A program made the translations under genes and the position numbers. Under the pieces are notes generated by a model. That model did not search any database. It had not been told where the DNA came from and saw nothing but the letters and a program-made list of their open reading frames with translations. A stretch of 64,000 nt of DNA from Calditrichota bacterium. Lineage in GTDB: Bacteria; Zhuqueibacterota; JdFR-76; BMS3Abin05. This document shows positions 34,301-41,600 of the stretch, one piece after another (positions within the stretch are counted from its first letter, which is position 1; every line of letters begins with the position of its first letter). Location of the stretch: the NCBI GenBank assembly GCA_013151735.1, contig JAADHR010000199.1, positions 8,178-72,177 on the forward strand, in the 5' to 3' direction.

Positions 34301-36685
34301 GGGGATACCACAACCTTTTCCGTTGGCACGCGTGTGACGTGGAAAGTGCTGACGCCGCAAGCTACTCAGGGGCCGGACACATTGTTTTTAAAGCTATTAA
34401 CCGCGCCCAAAGATGAAAATACACTAAAAGCCGCAGCGGTTATCCAGGCACAAGATACACTCATTGTAAATACAATTGGAACCAGCCAGATTGCCAGTAG
34501 CGGTGCCGTTGTGAATCCTCCGGGGGCACGGGATGGGGTTGTTTCGACAGAAGAAGAATTTACGGTGGTCACACATATTTCAGCCACGCCCAATCTCACC
34601 CAATTGAAGGGCGAATTGACCATTCCTCAGGGTTACGTGTATTTGTCGCCAAAAATAAAAAGTGTTCAGGGTGATTCTATCGTCTGGACTATTCGTTCGC
34701 CGGAAATTCAGGATCAGGAGACCAAGTATCTTCGCATTACCGCCCGGGGGACGGACGAATCGGGTACGCTGGTGGAAAGCAGTGTGGACAGCATTTCCAT
34801 TCGCGCCGTCAAGCGGGCTAATCTTTCTCTGGATGTTTACATTACCGAACCACAGGGTGCCAAGGACGGCGTGCTGACGGTGGGCCAGCCCTTCATTGTC
34901 CGCGCGCTGGTTACAAACAGCGGACAAGCCGGGGTGTACGGCACGGGGAAGGTCAAAATAATTTTTGGTGCTACAGGTGTTTCCACGAACGAGCCGCTGG
35001 AAAAAGAATTTACGCCGGGTATCCCTGTCGATTGGCGGGTACAGGCGCCCGATACGGTGACAACTGAAGCCCTTATTCGGGTGCAGATCAGCGCTGTTCC
35101 GTATGACGAAAATTCAAACCGGCTTAGCTTTGTTTCGGTGGACAGCAGAAATTTGCGTGTAGAAACCGTCCAATCGGCAAAACTAACGAATACGTTGTCC
35201 ATCTCCAGTCCTGAAGGAGCAAAAGACGGTATTATTTCCACATCTCAGGAATTTCTTGTGGAAGCGGTGGTTCAATCCGAGAATTGTTCCCGGATCACCT
35301 CCGAACTGATTCTTCCGGCGGATTTTTACACAGAGAACCGTGTGAAGAATGCCAACCCCGGTTATTTTGTGGTGTCGTGGCTGGTGCGGGCGCCATCAGA
35401 GCCAAAATCCCCGGTACCGATAAAGGTTATTTCCCGGGCGTATGATGCCAATGATGATACGCTTCGAATCATTAGCCAGCCGGATAGCGTAGAGGTGACC
35501 ACCGTCAGCCGGGCCAATGTGGCGGTGAACGTTTCCATCACCGATCCGCCCGAAGCAGCCAATGGCATTGTTTCCACCCAGGAGGAATTTACGGTTACGG
35601 GTGTTCTTCAAAATCTCGGTCTGGCGAATTTTGAAACAGAGGGGTCGTTGAAAATCATTCTTCCGAAAGGTTTTGTCCTGAAGAGCGACACTATTCAGGA
35701 AACACAGCTCTATCGGGTAAGCTGGCGGGTACAGGCGCCTGAGCAGCCCACACGCTCTCCTCAAAATATTCGGATAGAACTTGTGCAGGCACCGAAGGAT
35801 GAAAACACCAATAAATCGTCCTTTGTTTCGGCGTCCTTTGATGAAATAGCCTTGACCGTGGAAACGAAAAAATTTACGATTTTAAAATGGGGCGATTTTA
35901 ATCAACCCTCGGTCGTGAAAGGCCAAAAAAATATTGCCGTTTTGGGGTTGATCTTAAAAAACCTGGGACTTCCCGGATCGAATGATGTGTGGCTGAGCGG
36001 ACTGCGGATTCAAATCCAAAATCGGAAAGGGAATCTGATTTCCCCCAAAGGCAATTTTGAACGGATTTGGATTGCACCGGCCATGTATCCCGATCAGGTT
36101 CTGGCGGAAAGCCTGAATCCCCAGAATAATCCGGTGGAATTTTCATTTTCCAGTCCGCTGGTTGTAAGAGCCGTCAAAAATGATTCCATTGCCGTTTTTG
36201 TGGATTTGTCACCCAATTCCAAACTGACCGATTTCTTGATTGCGTTTGACGGGGTAAAGGATGTTACGGCAATAGACGGCGTCTCCAAACGTCCCGTCCT
36301 GATTACCGACGCTGCCGGAAATCCGTTGGAAACCCTGAAGGTACAATCCGACTTTACGGTGGTTCTGAATTCAAATTTTGAAAAAACCTTCGGAAATTAT
36401 CCCAATCCTTTTGGAGAGATTGGAAAAGAGACGACCCGGTTTGTCTATTATTTTGACCGGGCCACCGATGGTCAGATTCAGATTTTTACATTAACCGGAG
36501 ATCTGGTCTGGACGAAAGCCATCGAAGCGAATAAACAAACCGGGGCCAAGGGACTTCACGACGGAGACATTGTCTGGGATGGCACCAATTTATCGGGTCT
36601 GAAGGTGGTGAATGGTGTTTATATTGCGGTTCTGACCACGAAGAGCGGGAAAAAGGCATTTACCAAGATTGCTGTTGTTAAATAA
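25331..36685 (+). CDS. giant (3784 aa) repeat-rich cell-surface protein with T9SS-type C-terminal sorting domain
   Basis: Signal peptide. Five ~96-aa repeats (ISPQTAGTAF.ITITAKDA.GN). Eight ~100-aa Big_2-like repeats (IRDAAGG.GSEVG...YAAGYDA.GNY). One Big_1/invasin-like domain. ~20 CARDB-like ~115-aa domains. C-terminal NYPNPF...GVYIAVLTTKSGKKAFTKIAVVK, a Por_Secre_tail-type CTD. Confidence 0.85.
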   Translation: MKRLFAVLNLSVLFLVFSGNVFAQSVDAVTLSTAKAGENAIYTVTFTPSATNFVPNNGKIVVTFDAGFTLNSVTIASSSTMDGGFSISVAGDSVTFTRDGTGTPSAAGAQVDISFANVGNNQIAGSYNLKVTIKQNDDTPIETIGTKSFTITPADLDHFAFGAISPQTAGTNFQITITAQDAYNNTITTANYSLTLIDDTGTLTTIAAGSWLNGVISPTVNITKATASDKITATANGISSTSGSFAVNPAGVSSFEFATIASPQTAGSAFSVTITAKDAYDNVATGFSGSVNLTVNKGDISPASSGIFSSGTKTVSVTINTANTDIQITADDGSGHTGTSNTFNVNPGPVASFAISAISSQAAGEPFTITVTAKDAQGNTATSFAGTVDISDGTNTISPATSGSFSNGLWSGSVTITGTQTGNTITVTNSAGAETGTSNAFDVTASDVAYFTVSTISSPQTAGTAFSITITAKDANGNTAASFTGTASLSDSTGTISPKLTRAFTNGTLTDTVTITQSFTNNQIVVSAVGKSGSSNAFDVNPGALDHFTLDAINSPQTAGTAFDITITAKDAFENTITSYSGTPTISNTTGTISPTTAGAFSNGVRTESVTITKAASSDQITVTDGAVTGSSNTFTVQAGALDHIVIEDAPGGTGAPVGALSKTTDQNVSLFAIGYDANNNYVEDVSVSWSVSGGIGTVSPATGTNTVFNPTTVGSGTVSADDGSGHTDDTGTITVTAGALASLQIRDSAGGAGSVVGNYLMTTDQSLTVYAAGYDADGNYISDQSVTWSSTGLTPSLSGTATSSTFSPTATGSGTITATSGSLSAHTGAITVSAGALAAIKIRDEAGGGGSEVGAVSMTTDDSRTFYAAGYDAEGNYKEDISVTWASTGNLSPAVSSTGTSVTFSPDSANRSGTITADAGSGITDATGTISVSVGALKYVKIVAGATGNGAEYTTGTFSPGDQQTFHAAGYDADGNYIADESVAWSLTGSIGSLSDATGTSTVFTATTVGQGSITADHATALDDATGTLTVVEGNLDHIVIRDAPGGAGNVVGNVNLTADQSITLYAAGYDAADNYLGDYSATWSLASGNLAPVPSGSASSFTFNPTTAPASGVIQASYNAITDVTGTISVSVGALAKVQIRTAANGGGVEVTTHTMTTDETFTVWAAGYDADDNFIADTTVSWTSTGLTPALSSSGRSVTLDPTAPGTATVTATEPNSGLTDNTGAIVINPGAITHLLVRSEAGGGGMEVGDMTLTLDDKLTLYAAGYDAENNYSRDVVATWSVSTGNLDAPSPATGTSTVFAPSTPETSGKIRADSTGLIGDETGTLTVGNVSYVKIRDAANGAGSEVGDRTLTADESLTLYAAGYDAGGNYVGDVSVTWSSTGSLAPAISGVTGTSVTFSPTTAPASGTILADHATATDDVTGTITVTPGVPVGTISLSASPTAIPADGSSTSTITSGVIKDADGNPVAQGTLITVSTSLGTIITADASASYTGTQVAANASGQISFTLQAPASGGTAYISAASVGGSATGSTTVQITNLRIVSISSDFSSVSQGQTNIPVRMVVENLGSAALQNATANLTFTDVASNDRTGEYSGISQTGISVAAGETKTLTFSVSVGGSASLGSIIIDGNISGTVDGNSVGTSGAGTPYSWVVQTPAALEVLSVQTTPDSVSQGQQGISVVLTARNTGQAAASIDSIKLSFKIGATTVTSEYIQSQASGNPVQIAGGATEQFEMKVDVSASATTGTVNLDGAIYGKDANSSAAVVDVGAASTDSWVVTQAAAFQITALIPSQYKVTSGQTRSWTVKMAVENNSSSAIDLDLDPAKTYLKFVIGSDVTSQYSITYPTALLGGGIRLNAGAKDTLKFVVNITGTTTGIAAINGVVTGTDVISGKAITDNTNDTGSGSVTVQTPASVNVTSVVPSQDSVSSGQTATWNVTVTVENTGQSAATLSLDSTLLSFRKGTGYVFLKPSQFQGGGLVLNGNSSGTLIFSITKTTTFSGTDSIDATVGFFENNSGRYVVANTAAGNYGTVIVQTPAAFSILSVHPSQPTVTQHQTNTWTATVVVKNTGQSRAVIDFQQASTFLSFSKNGTPLSDYAVQQPSALEGSGGSILYGGKTDSLTFVIATTGADTGSITIHATLAGTEANSGRSVSTNTFGGNSGLVEVQAPPVLSYIAASLSPKSVNRGSNASFEVRVRNSGGATLVLSPSETKFSFSDGVHSFEAFLNENVVTEVQPGDTTLVFVSTLVPELLATGNYTPDITLSGTQNGNAFQANLTTGTNELAVLEKAVLDIVSITPSQTQVTSGQTRQWYIWMNVANNGGSSVRLDSTQVHLFIGTEVTDEYSITVPTGFWQQDGTENPVLQGNETGTLRFVVTHTGSTTGPATIQGRLWVTDQVSHDQLFVQTDGGAGTVRVQSPAELKINYTIVSQAAVTIGQTEDWFVTLNLSNKGESSLRIDTTRAKTYLTFTINGQPVQDFVVKQPTELSNGSLILQGGESARLVFTIDSTTSRTGYCVIHAHVTGVEVNSDSLIVDENYDSGWNGVNVQSESSVQIVSTENLAFNAPNVNTGQTFNIRVRVRNNGGEAIKNVKVALASTGRSIFTSPRTITRINAGLSYSLNFSIRASSDFDSTEIFTSRLLEAYSANTGDTITVAPAADSTDTTTFAKIQKPAALVIREVYPSQDRVLASQTDEWQVFVVVQDTGQANILLNDFKNTDIVFQINGQNQGDYLIEAPDSLRGGGQELVGGQTDTLVYRIKATGHLGGTATILATLNGRDVNSLHTLSASNSTSILVQTSAAIQIINTTISSPHVVDNGNAEVNLKQQFTVNVFVENKGNERVDSVKVRLRTKGHSQLLDSLRTIPTIPARSIRFAQFDVIADSAENLLGEEFDSRLISGKAFVSHLPAVLSEALDSVAVARIEKPAQLEVVGSLNDQDGILSANQTFEVRADVVNKGRSGTIGSGTIAVELPENYRLLRNGDTLSVSGDTTTFSVGTRVTWKVLTPQATQGPDTLFLKLLTAPKDENTLKAAAVIQAQDTLIVNTIGTSQIASSGAVVNPPGARDGVVSTEEEFTVVTHISATPNLTQLKGELTIPQGYVYLSPKIKSVQGDSIVWTIRSPEIQDQETKYLRITARGTDESGTLVESSVDSISIRAVKRANLSLDVYITEPQGAKDGVLTVGQPFIVRALVTNSGQAGVYGTGKVKIIFGATGVSTNEPLEKEFTPGIPVDWRVQAPDTVTTEALIRVQISAVPYDENSNRLSFVSVDSRNLRVETVQSAKLTNTLSISSPEGAKDGIISTSQEFLVEAVVQSENCSRITSELILPADFYTENRVKNANPGYFVVSWLVRAPSEPKSPVPIKVISRAYDANDDTLRIISQPDSVEVTTVSRANVAVNVSITDPPEAANGIVSTQEEFTVTGVLQNLGLANFETEGSLKIILPKGFVLKSDTIQETQLYRVSWRVQAPEQPTRSPQNIRIELVQAPKDENTNKSSFVSASFDEIALTVETKKFTILKWGDFNQPSVVKGQKNIAVLGLILKNLGLPGSNDVWLSGLRIQIQNRKGNLISPKGNFERIWIAPAMYPDQVLAESLNPQNNPVEFSFSSPLVVRAVKNDSIAVFVDLSPNSKLTDFLIAFDGVKDVTAIDGVSKRPVLITDAAGNPLETLKVQSDFTVVLNSNFEKTFGNYPNPFGEIGKETTRFVYYFDRATDGQIQIFTLTGDLVWTKAIEANKQTGAKGLHDGDIVWDGTNLSGLKVVNGVYIAVLTTKSGKKAFTKIAVVK
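25799..27236 (+). repeat. intragenic tandem repeat block A (5 copies, ~288-nt period)
   Basis: Recurring CAAAC(A/G)GCCGGTAC..TTT.CATTAC.ATTACGGCCAAAGATGCC at roughly 25831, 26118, 26413, 26718 and 27000. Confidence 0.6.
27237..29636 (+). repeat. intragenic tandem repeat block B (8 copies, ~300-nt period, Big_2-like Ig domains)
   Basis: Recurring TACGC(G/C)GCCGGTTACGATGCCGA(C/G)GG.AA.TAC encoding YAAGYDADGNY. Unit starts near 27240, 27545, 27845, 28150, 28440, 28740, 29045 and 29340. Confidence 0.6.
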
Positions 36686-36697
36686 GAAGGTTTTAGA

Positions 36698-38605
36698 ATG
36701 AAGAAAAATTTCACATATTATTTTCTTGGATTGTTTTTTCTAGTGTTGCTCCACCCGGGTTTTGCACAGGATGGAAGCGGCGGTTACGCCAGTATATTCG
36801 CGAACGGAGCAGGCGCCAGACAATTGGGAATGGGGGGAGCAGCGGTCGCTTTTCCACAGGATGCCACCACCATTTTTTGGAACCCGGCAGGAATGGAACA
36901 GCTTCAACGCCAAAGCTTTACCGCCTATTATGCCTCTCTTATGCTTGGGACATCCTACAACTACCTCGGCTATGTGTACCCCACTCTAAATATTGGAACA
37001 TTTGGAATGGGGGTTTCAAGAATTTCGACCGGTGACATTCCCTATCGGGAGAATCACTATGTGGAATTGGGCACATTCGGTTATAATCAGGAAGAATTTT
37101 ATTTTTCTTACGCTAAAAATATCCGTGATTGGTTTGTTGCCGGTGCCAATGTCAAGATCGAACGTCAGGTGATAGGCCAGGATTCCGATATTGGATTTGG
37201 AATTGATGTGGCGGCATTTTATAAACCTGATTTTGCCTCGGAGTGGCTGCAGAATTTACAGGTGGGGGCCATTTATCAGAATGCCTATGCTCCGCGCCTG
37301 CGGTTGCGCCAAAGTGTAGATTACATGCCAAGCCGGCTGCGGTTAGGAGTGGCAAAAACCCTCTATTTTACGAACGATACGTCCCCTTTTGTTGTGCTGA
37401 TGGATCTGGAAAAGGGTGATCAGCTGCCGTTTAAATTCCATTTGGGACTGGAGTACAGCTACAACGGCCAGGCCATGCTTCGGTTGGGACTGAATGACCG
37501 GGGCCTTTCGTTTGGTGCAGGGGCGGTTTACAATCAGTTTGAATTGGATTATTCCTACGGAAGGATCGATTCCAAAGGCGTTTTGGGGGGAAGTCACCGG
37601 ATTTCATTTGTTGTGAATATTGGAAAGAGCCGTTCCGAGAAAATTCAATTAATTGAAGCCCAGCGCCGAAAAGAGCTGGAAGAACAAATTGCCCGGGAAA
37701 ACGAACGCCGCAGGCAGGCACAGATCAGAAAACTCCTGGATGAAGGGAAGTCTCTGTATGCCAATGCCGATTATTTTAAGGCGCTCGTAAAATTCCAGCA
37801 GGTTTTGGAATTGGATAAGAGCAATCCCGAAGCCCTGGAAATGGCGGATGAAACCAAGGCCCGGATGGACGAACTTCGCGAAAAGGAAATGGAGCAGCAG
37901 CTTTCGAAAATCCAGGAAGAACGCCAGCGCAAGCAAATTCAAAGCTATGTGGACAAACATGTGAACAAAGGATTGGAATATCTGAAACAGGGAGATTATG
38001 TTTCCGCCATTGATGAATGGAATTTGGCTTTGGAACGACAACCGGACAGCCAGCAGATCAAGCAGTACATCGAAAGTGCCCAAAATGAACTGCTGACCCG
38101 GATTAACGGTCTTATTTCCAAAGCGGACGAGCTGGCCAAAAAGGGGAATTTCCCTGAGGCCAATAAGCTCTACAATCAGGCCCTGCTGCTCAGCCAGAAC
38201 GATAGCGTCCGCAAGGAAGAAATTCGCAAAAAAATGGCGGAGCTGGAGAAAAAACTCAATATGTACGATTATTACCAATCCGGCCTGATTGCCTATCGTT
38301 CGGAGGACTGGAAAACGGCGATGAAGAATTTTGAGCGGGCCCTGAAACTCAATCCAAAGGATCCGAAAATTCAACGTTATTATAAGGATGCCGAACGACA
38401 CGCCATGGCCCGCAAGCAGCAAATGACGCCGGAAATGGAAAAAAAGTTTAATAAGGCTCTTCAACTCTACGTGGATGATCGAATCGAGGAGGCGTTGAAA
38501 ATCTGGGAGAGTCTGCTGGAAAAACAACCTTACAACAAAGATATAATTGACGCGATTGACATGGCCAAAAAACAACTTCAAGAACGGCAGAAAGCTCGAA
38601 AGTAA
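36698..38605 (+). CDS. PorV/PorQ-like outer-membrane beta-barrel fused to a C-terminal coiled-coil/TPR domain
   Basis: Signal peptide. N-terminal ~310 aa with the PorV/PorQ-family signature (ARQLGMGGAAVAFPQDATTIFWNPAG) and an alternating beta-strand pattern. C-terminal ~300 aa is coiled coil plus TPR. Starts 12 nt after the giant CTD-cargo gene. Confidence 0.55.
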   Translation: MKKNFTYYFLGLFFLVLLHPGFAQDGSGGYASIFANGAGARQLGMGGAAVAFPQDATTIFWNPAGMEQLQRQSFTAYYASLMLGTSYNYLGYVYPTLNIGTFGMGVSRISTGDIPYRENHYVELGTFGYNQEEFYFSYAKNIRDWFVAGANVKIERQVIGQDSDIGFGIDVAAFYKPDFASEWLQNLQVGAIYQNAYAPRLRLRQSVDYMPSRLRLGVAKTLYFTNDTSPFVVLMDLEKGDQLPFKFHLGLEYSYNGQAMLRLGLNDRGLSFGAGAVYNQFELDYSYGRIDSKGVLGGSHRISFVVNIGKSRSEKIQLIEAQRRKELEEQIARENERRRQAQIRKLLDEGKSLYANADYFKALVKFQQVLELDKSNPEALEMADETKARMDELREKEMEQQLSKIQEERQRKQIQSYVDKHVNKGLEYLKQGDYVSAIDEWNLALERQPDSQQIKQYIESAQNELLTRINGLISKADELAKKGNFPEANKLYNQALLLSQNDSVRKEEIRKKMAELEKKLNMYDYYQSGLIAYRSEDWKTAMKNFERALKLNPKDPKIQRYYKDAERHAMARKQQMTPEMEKKFNKALQLYVDDRIEEALKIWESLLEKQPYNKDIIDAIDMAKKQLQERQKARK

Positions 38606-38607
38606 CC

Positions 38608-41600
38608 GTGTTCAAGAAAATTAAAAAAGAAGAACTTCGGGTTCCGGCCTCCATTGAACACCTGAAGGACCTGAGAAAATTCATCGAGAAAATTGGCAAA
38701 AAACACCGCATTCCGGATAAAATTGTCAATAGCTTCAAATTGGCAATTGATGAAGCCAGTACCAACATCATTCGTCATGCGTACCGGGATTCCTCCGGCG
38801 AAATCCTGCTTCGTGTCATTATCCGAAAAACCAGCGTCACCGTTTCTCTTATCGATCATGGCCGATTTTTTGATCCGAATAATGTGAAGGATCCCGATCT
38901 CAAGCGCTATGTAGCCATCGGAAAGCGGGGCGGGCTGGGTATTTTTATGATTCGGAAGTTGGTCGACGATATTGAATACTACCGTACCGGTGAGGGAAAT
39001 GAACTTCGGTTAACCAAAAAAATTGAAAAAAAGCGCAAAGCAAAAATTAGTGTTCCTTCTATTCCGGGTTCGCTGCGAATAAAATACTATTCCTATTCTG
39101 CAGCGATCCTCTCAACGCTGATTATTTTAGGCTATTTTTATTTTTTCTTCCAGCGAAGTGAGCAAATTCTGGATCAGACATTTGCACAGGGAGAAGCCGC
39201 CGTAAAGGTTCTGGCAAAAAACAGCACCAACTGGATCGGCACGGCAGCGGAGCTCAACCTGAATAAAGAAGTGAAAGTGATTCTTACCCAAAATCCAAAA
39301 CTGTTGACCTATGCCGTAGTTGTGGACAAAAATGGTGTGGTGAAGGGGTCAACCGATTTCGATCTGTTTCGGGTCTTTAAGCCCTATTCGGGTGTTGTGA
39401 CAGAAAAGGTCTTCGGAGAAGAGCGGGCTTTGGTTCGGCTGCCAAATGGCGAAAAAGAATATATGATTAGCAAGCCCATTTACGTAATTGATCATACCGT
39501 TCCAAATTCAAAACGATTTATGGGCAGAGCCTATGTATTTATTTCAAGCAGGCAGGTAAATCATTGGATTCATCAAAAACGCACAGATGATCTGCGTGTA
39601 GCGCTTTTGCTCCTGCTTTTTGGAAATATTGGGGTGGCGCTGTTAATTACGCTGATTATCAGCCCCTTTCGGAAATTGGCAAGCTGGGTGCGAAATGCCA
39701 GTGAGGGCAATATTGAAGATGAGATGGAAATTGATTCCTCGGACGAAATTGGGGAAATTGCTCAGGCGTTTAATGAAATCACGTATAAATTTCGGAAATC
39801 ACAGCAAAGCCTGCAAGATCAGGAACGCCTGAAACATGAAATGCATTTGGCGCAGGAAATTCAACAAACCCTGCTCCCGGCGAAATTTCCAAAAAGACGG
39901 GGATTCGAAATCTCATCTTATTATGAGTCGGCAAAGGAAGTAGGGGGGGACTATTACGATTTTGTGGAGATTGATCCGGATCGTCTGGGGGTGGTTATTG
40001 CCGATGTGTCGGGAAAAGGAGTCCCCGGTTCGCTGGTCATGACGATGATTCGTACGGCTCTGCGCACAGAGGCCAGGGGAACCTATTCGGCAGCTGAAAC
40101 GCTGAGAAAGGTGAATCGATTCATCATGGGGGATATTAAAAAGGGAATGTTTGTGACGGTTTTTTACACCATTCTGAATTCCCGAAACAGAAGTCTGACC
40201 TATGCCAGTGCAGGCCATAACCCCATGATCCTGTATCGTCCCAGCACAAAAAAAACCTACTATTTAAATCCGAGGGGATTTCCGGTTGGGATCAGCCTCA
40301 ATGATGAGGAACTCTTCGACAAGTCGCTGGAAGATGATTCCATCCGGTTGGCAAAGGGGGATATTGTCATCATTTACACCGATGGAGTAACCGAGGCCAT
40401 GAACTCCAGGCGGGAACTCTTTGGGGAAGAGCGTCTGCTGGAAGCTGTTCGCCGGTATGGAAATTTGAGCGCAGAAGAGTTCGTAGCCAAACTTCGGGAA
40501 GAAATTGTCTCCTTCACGGAAGGCCAGATTCAATACGATGACATTTCGCTCGTGGTGATTAAAGAAAACATGGATCAGGAAGAAGAGTACGAGGAACGCG
40601 CCCGTGAGGCCTATTATCAGGTACTCAACGGTGTTTCCGCGACGCAGGCCTGTAAGAATGTGGGCCTTTCCTTCAATACCTTCAAAAAATACAAGGAAAA
40701 ATTTGAAGAGGTCGGGGTTGATAATTTTCGTTCGGACTATGAGGCCACGGCCGTTGAAGCCAAGCACTTAAGTATTGAAGAACAAACGAAGATATTCGAT
40801 ATCATCAAGAAGCATCCGGATTACGGTCCCAGGCGAATTGCGGAATTACTTGCCACCGACACCTATGGCAATATGACTATTTCTGAAAACCGGGTTTACG
40901 GTGAACTGGTTCGCCTGAAGTTGAATACGAAACAGCTTCGCGAAAATTTCGTGGTGCGGAATAAACATAAGCGCAAATTCAAACCTCCCGGAACCCCAAT
41001 GCTTACTCTGGATGGACGGGTTATCATTGATAATGCGCCGGCGAAATTATCGGCTCCCATTCTGAGAGAACCCGAAGAAGAATCCTCTGTTGAGAAAACC
41101 GAAGAATTCAACGGAGAAACACTCTCCGCTGAAATAGAAGAAATTACATCGACGGAAGGATTGGGTCTGGAAGTAGGTGAGGCAGAATCCGCACAGGAGA
41201 AACCGCCGCGTCCAAGGGCGAAAAGGCGGGAAGAAAAGTCCTTAATGGATGAAGATATTGAAGAAATTATTCTTTCAGACCCCGTGGATGTTTTCGATAA
41301 AAATAAGGGAATGGAAACAGAGCCGGAAGAAGAACTTTTGGGGGATGAAAATGATGAAGAAAAAACCGACCTTTCGGAGATCGAGGGAATTGAGGTTTTG
41401 GAACGCACACATGCCCGGGATGTGAGTAATATGGATTCTGACAAAATCGAATCATCAAAAAAGGAAATGGATTTGGATCAGAGAGAGGAAAGCGGCACAT
41501 CTCTAAAAAAATTGTTTGAGTCGCTGAATATGGCGGGTGATGGCGAAGATGTTTCGGAGAGTGAATCCGGAGAAGAAGAGCTCGACCTGCTGCAGTATTC

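Noticed and set aside
25453-36288. Dozens of 60-230-aa minus-strand and off-frame ORFs inside the giant gene
   Set aside because: The + frame is continuous for 11.3 kb with coherent domain repeats. The others are GC-rich repeat artefacts such as Arg/Gly/Pro-rich mirror frames.
37649-38581. 310-aa minus-strand ORF
   Set aside because: Antisense to the coiled-coil/TPR half of the PorV-like gene. Leu/Phe/Ile-rich mirror of a Lys/Glu-rich region, with no start context.
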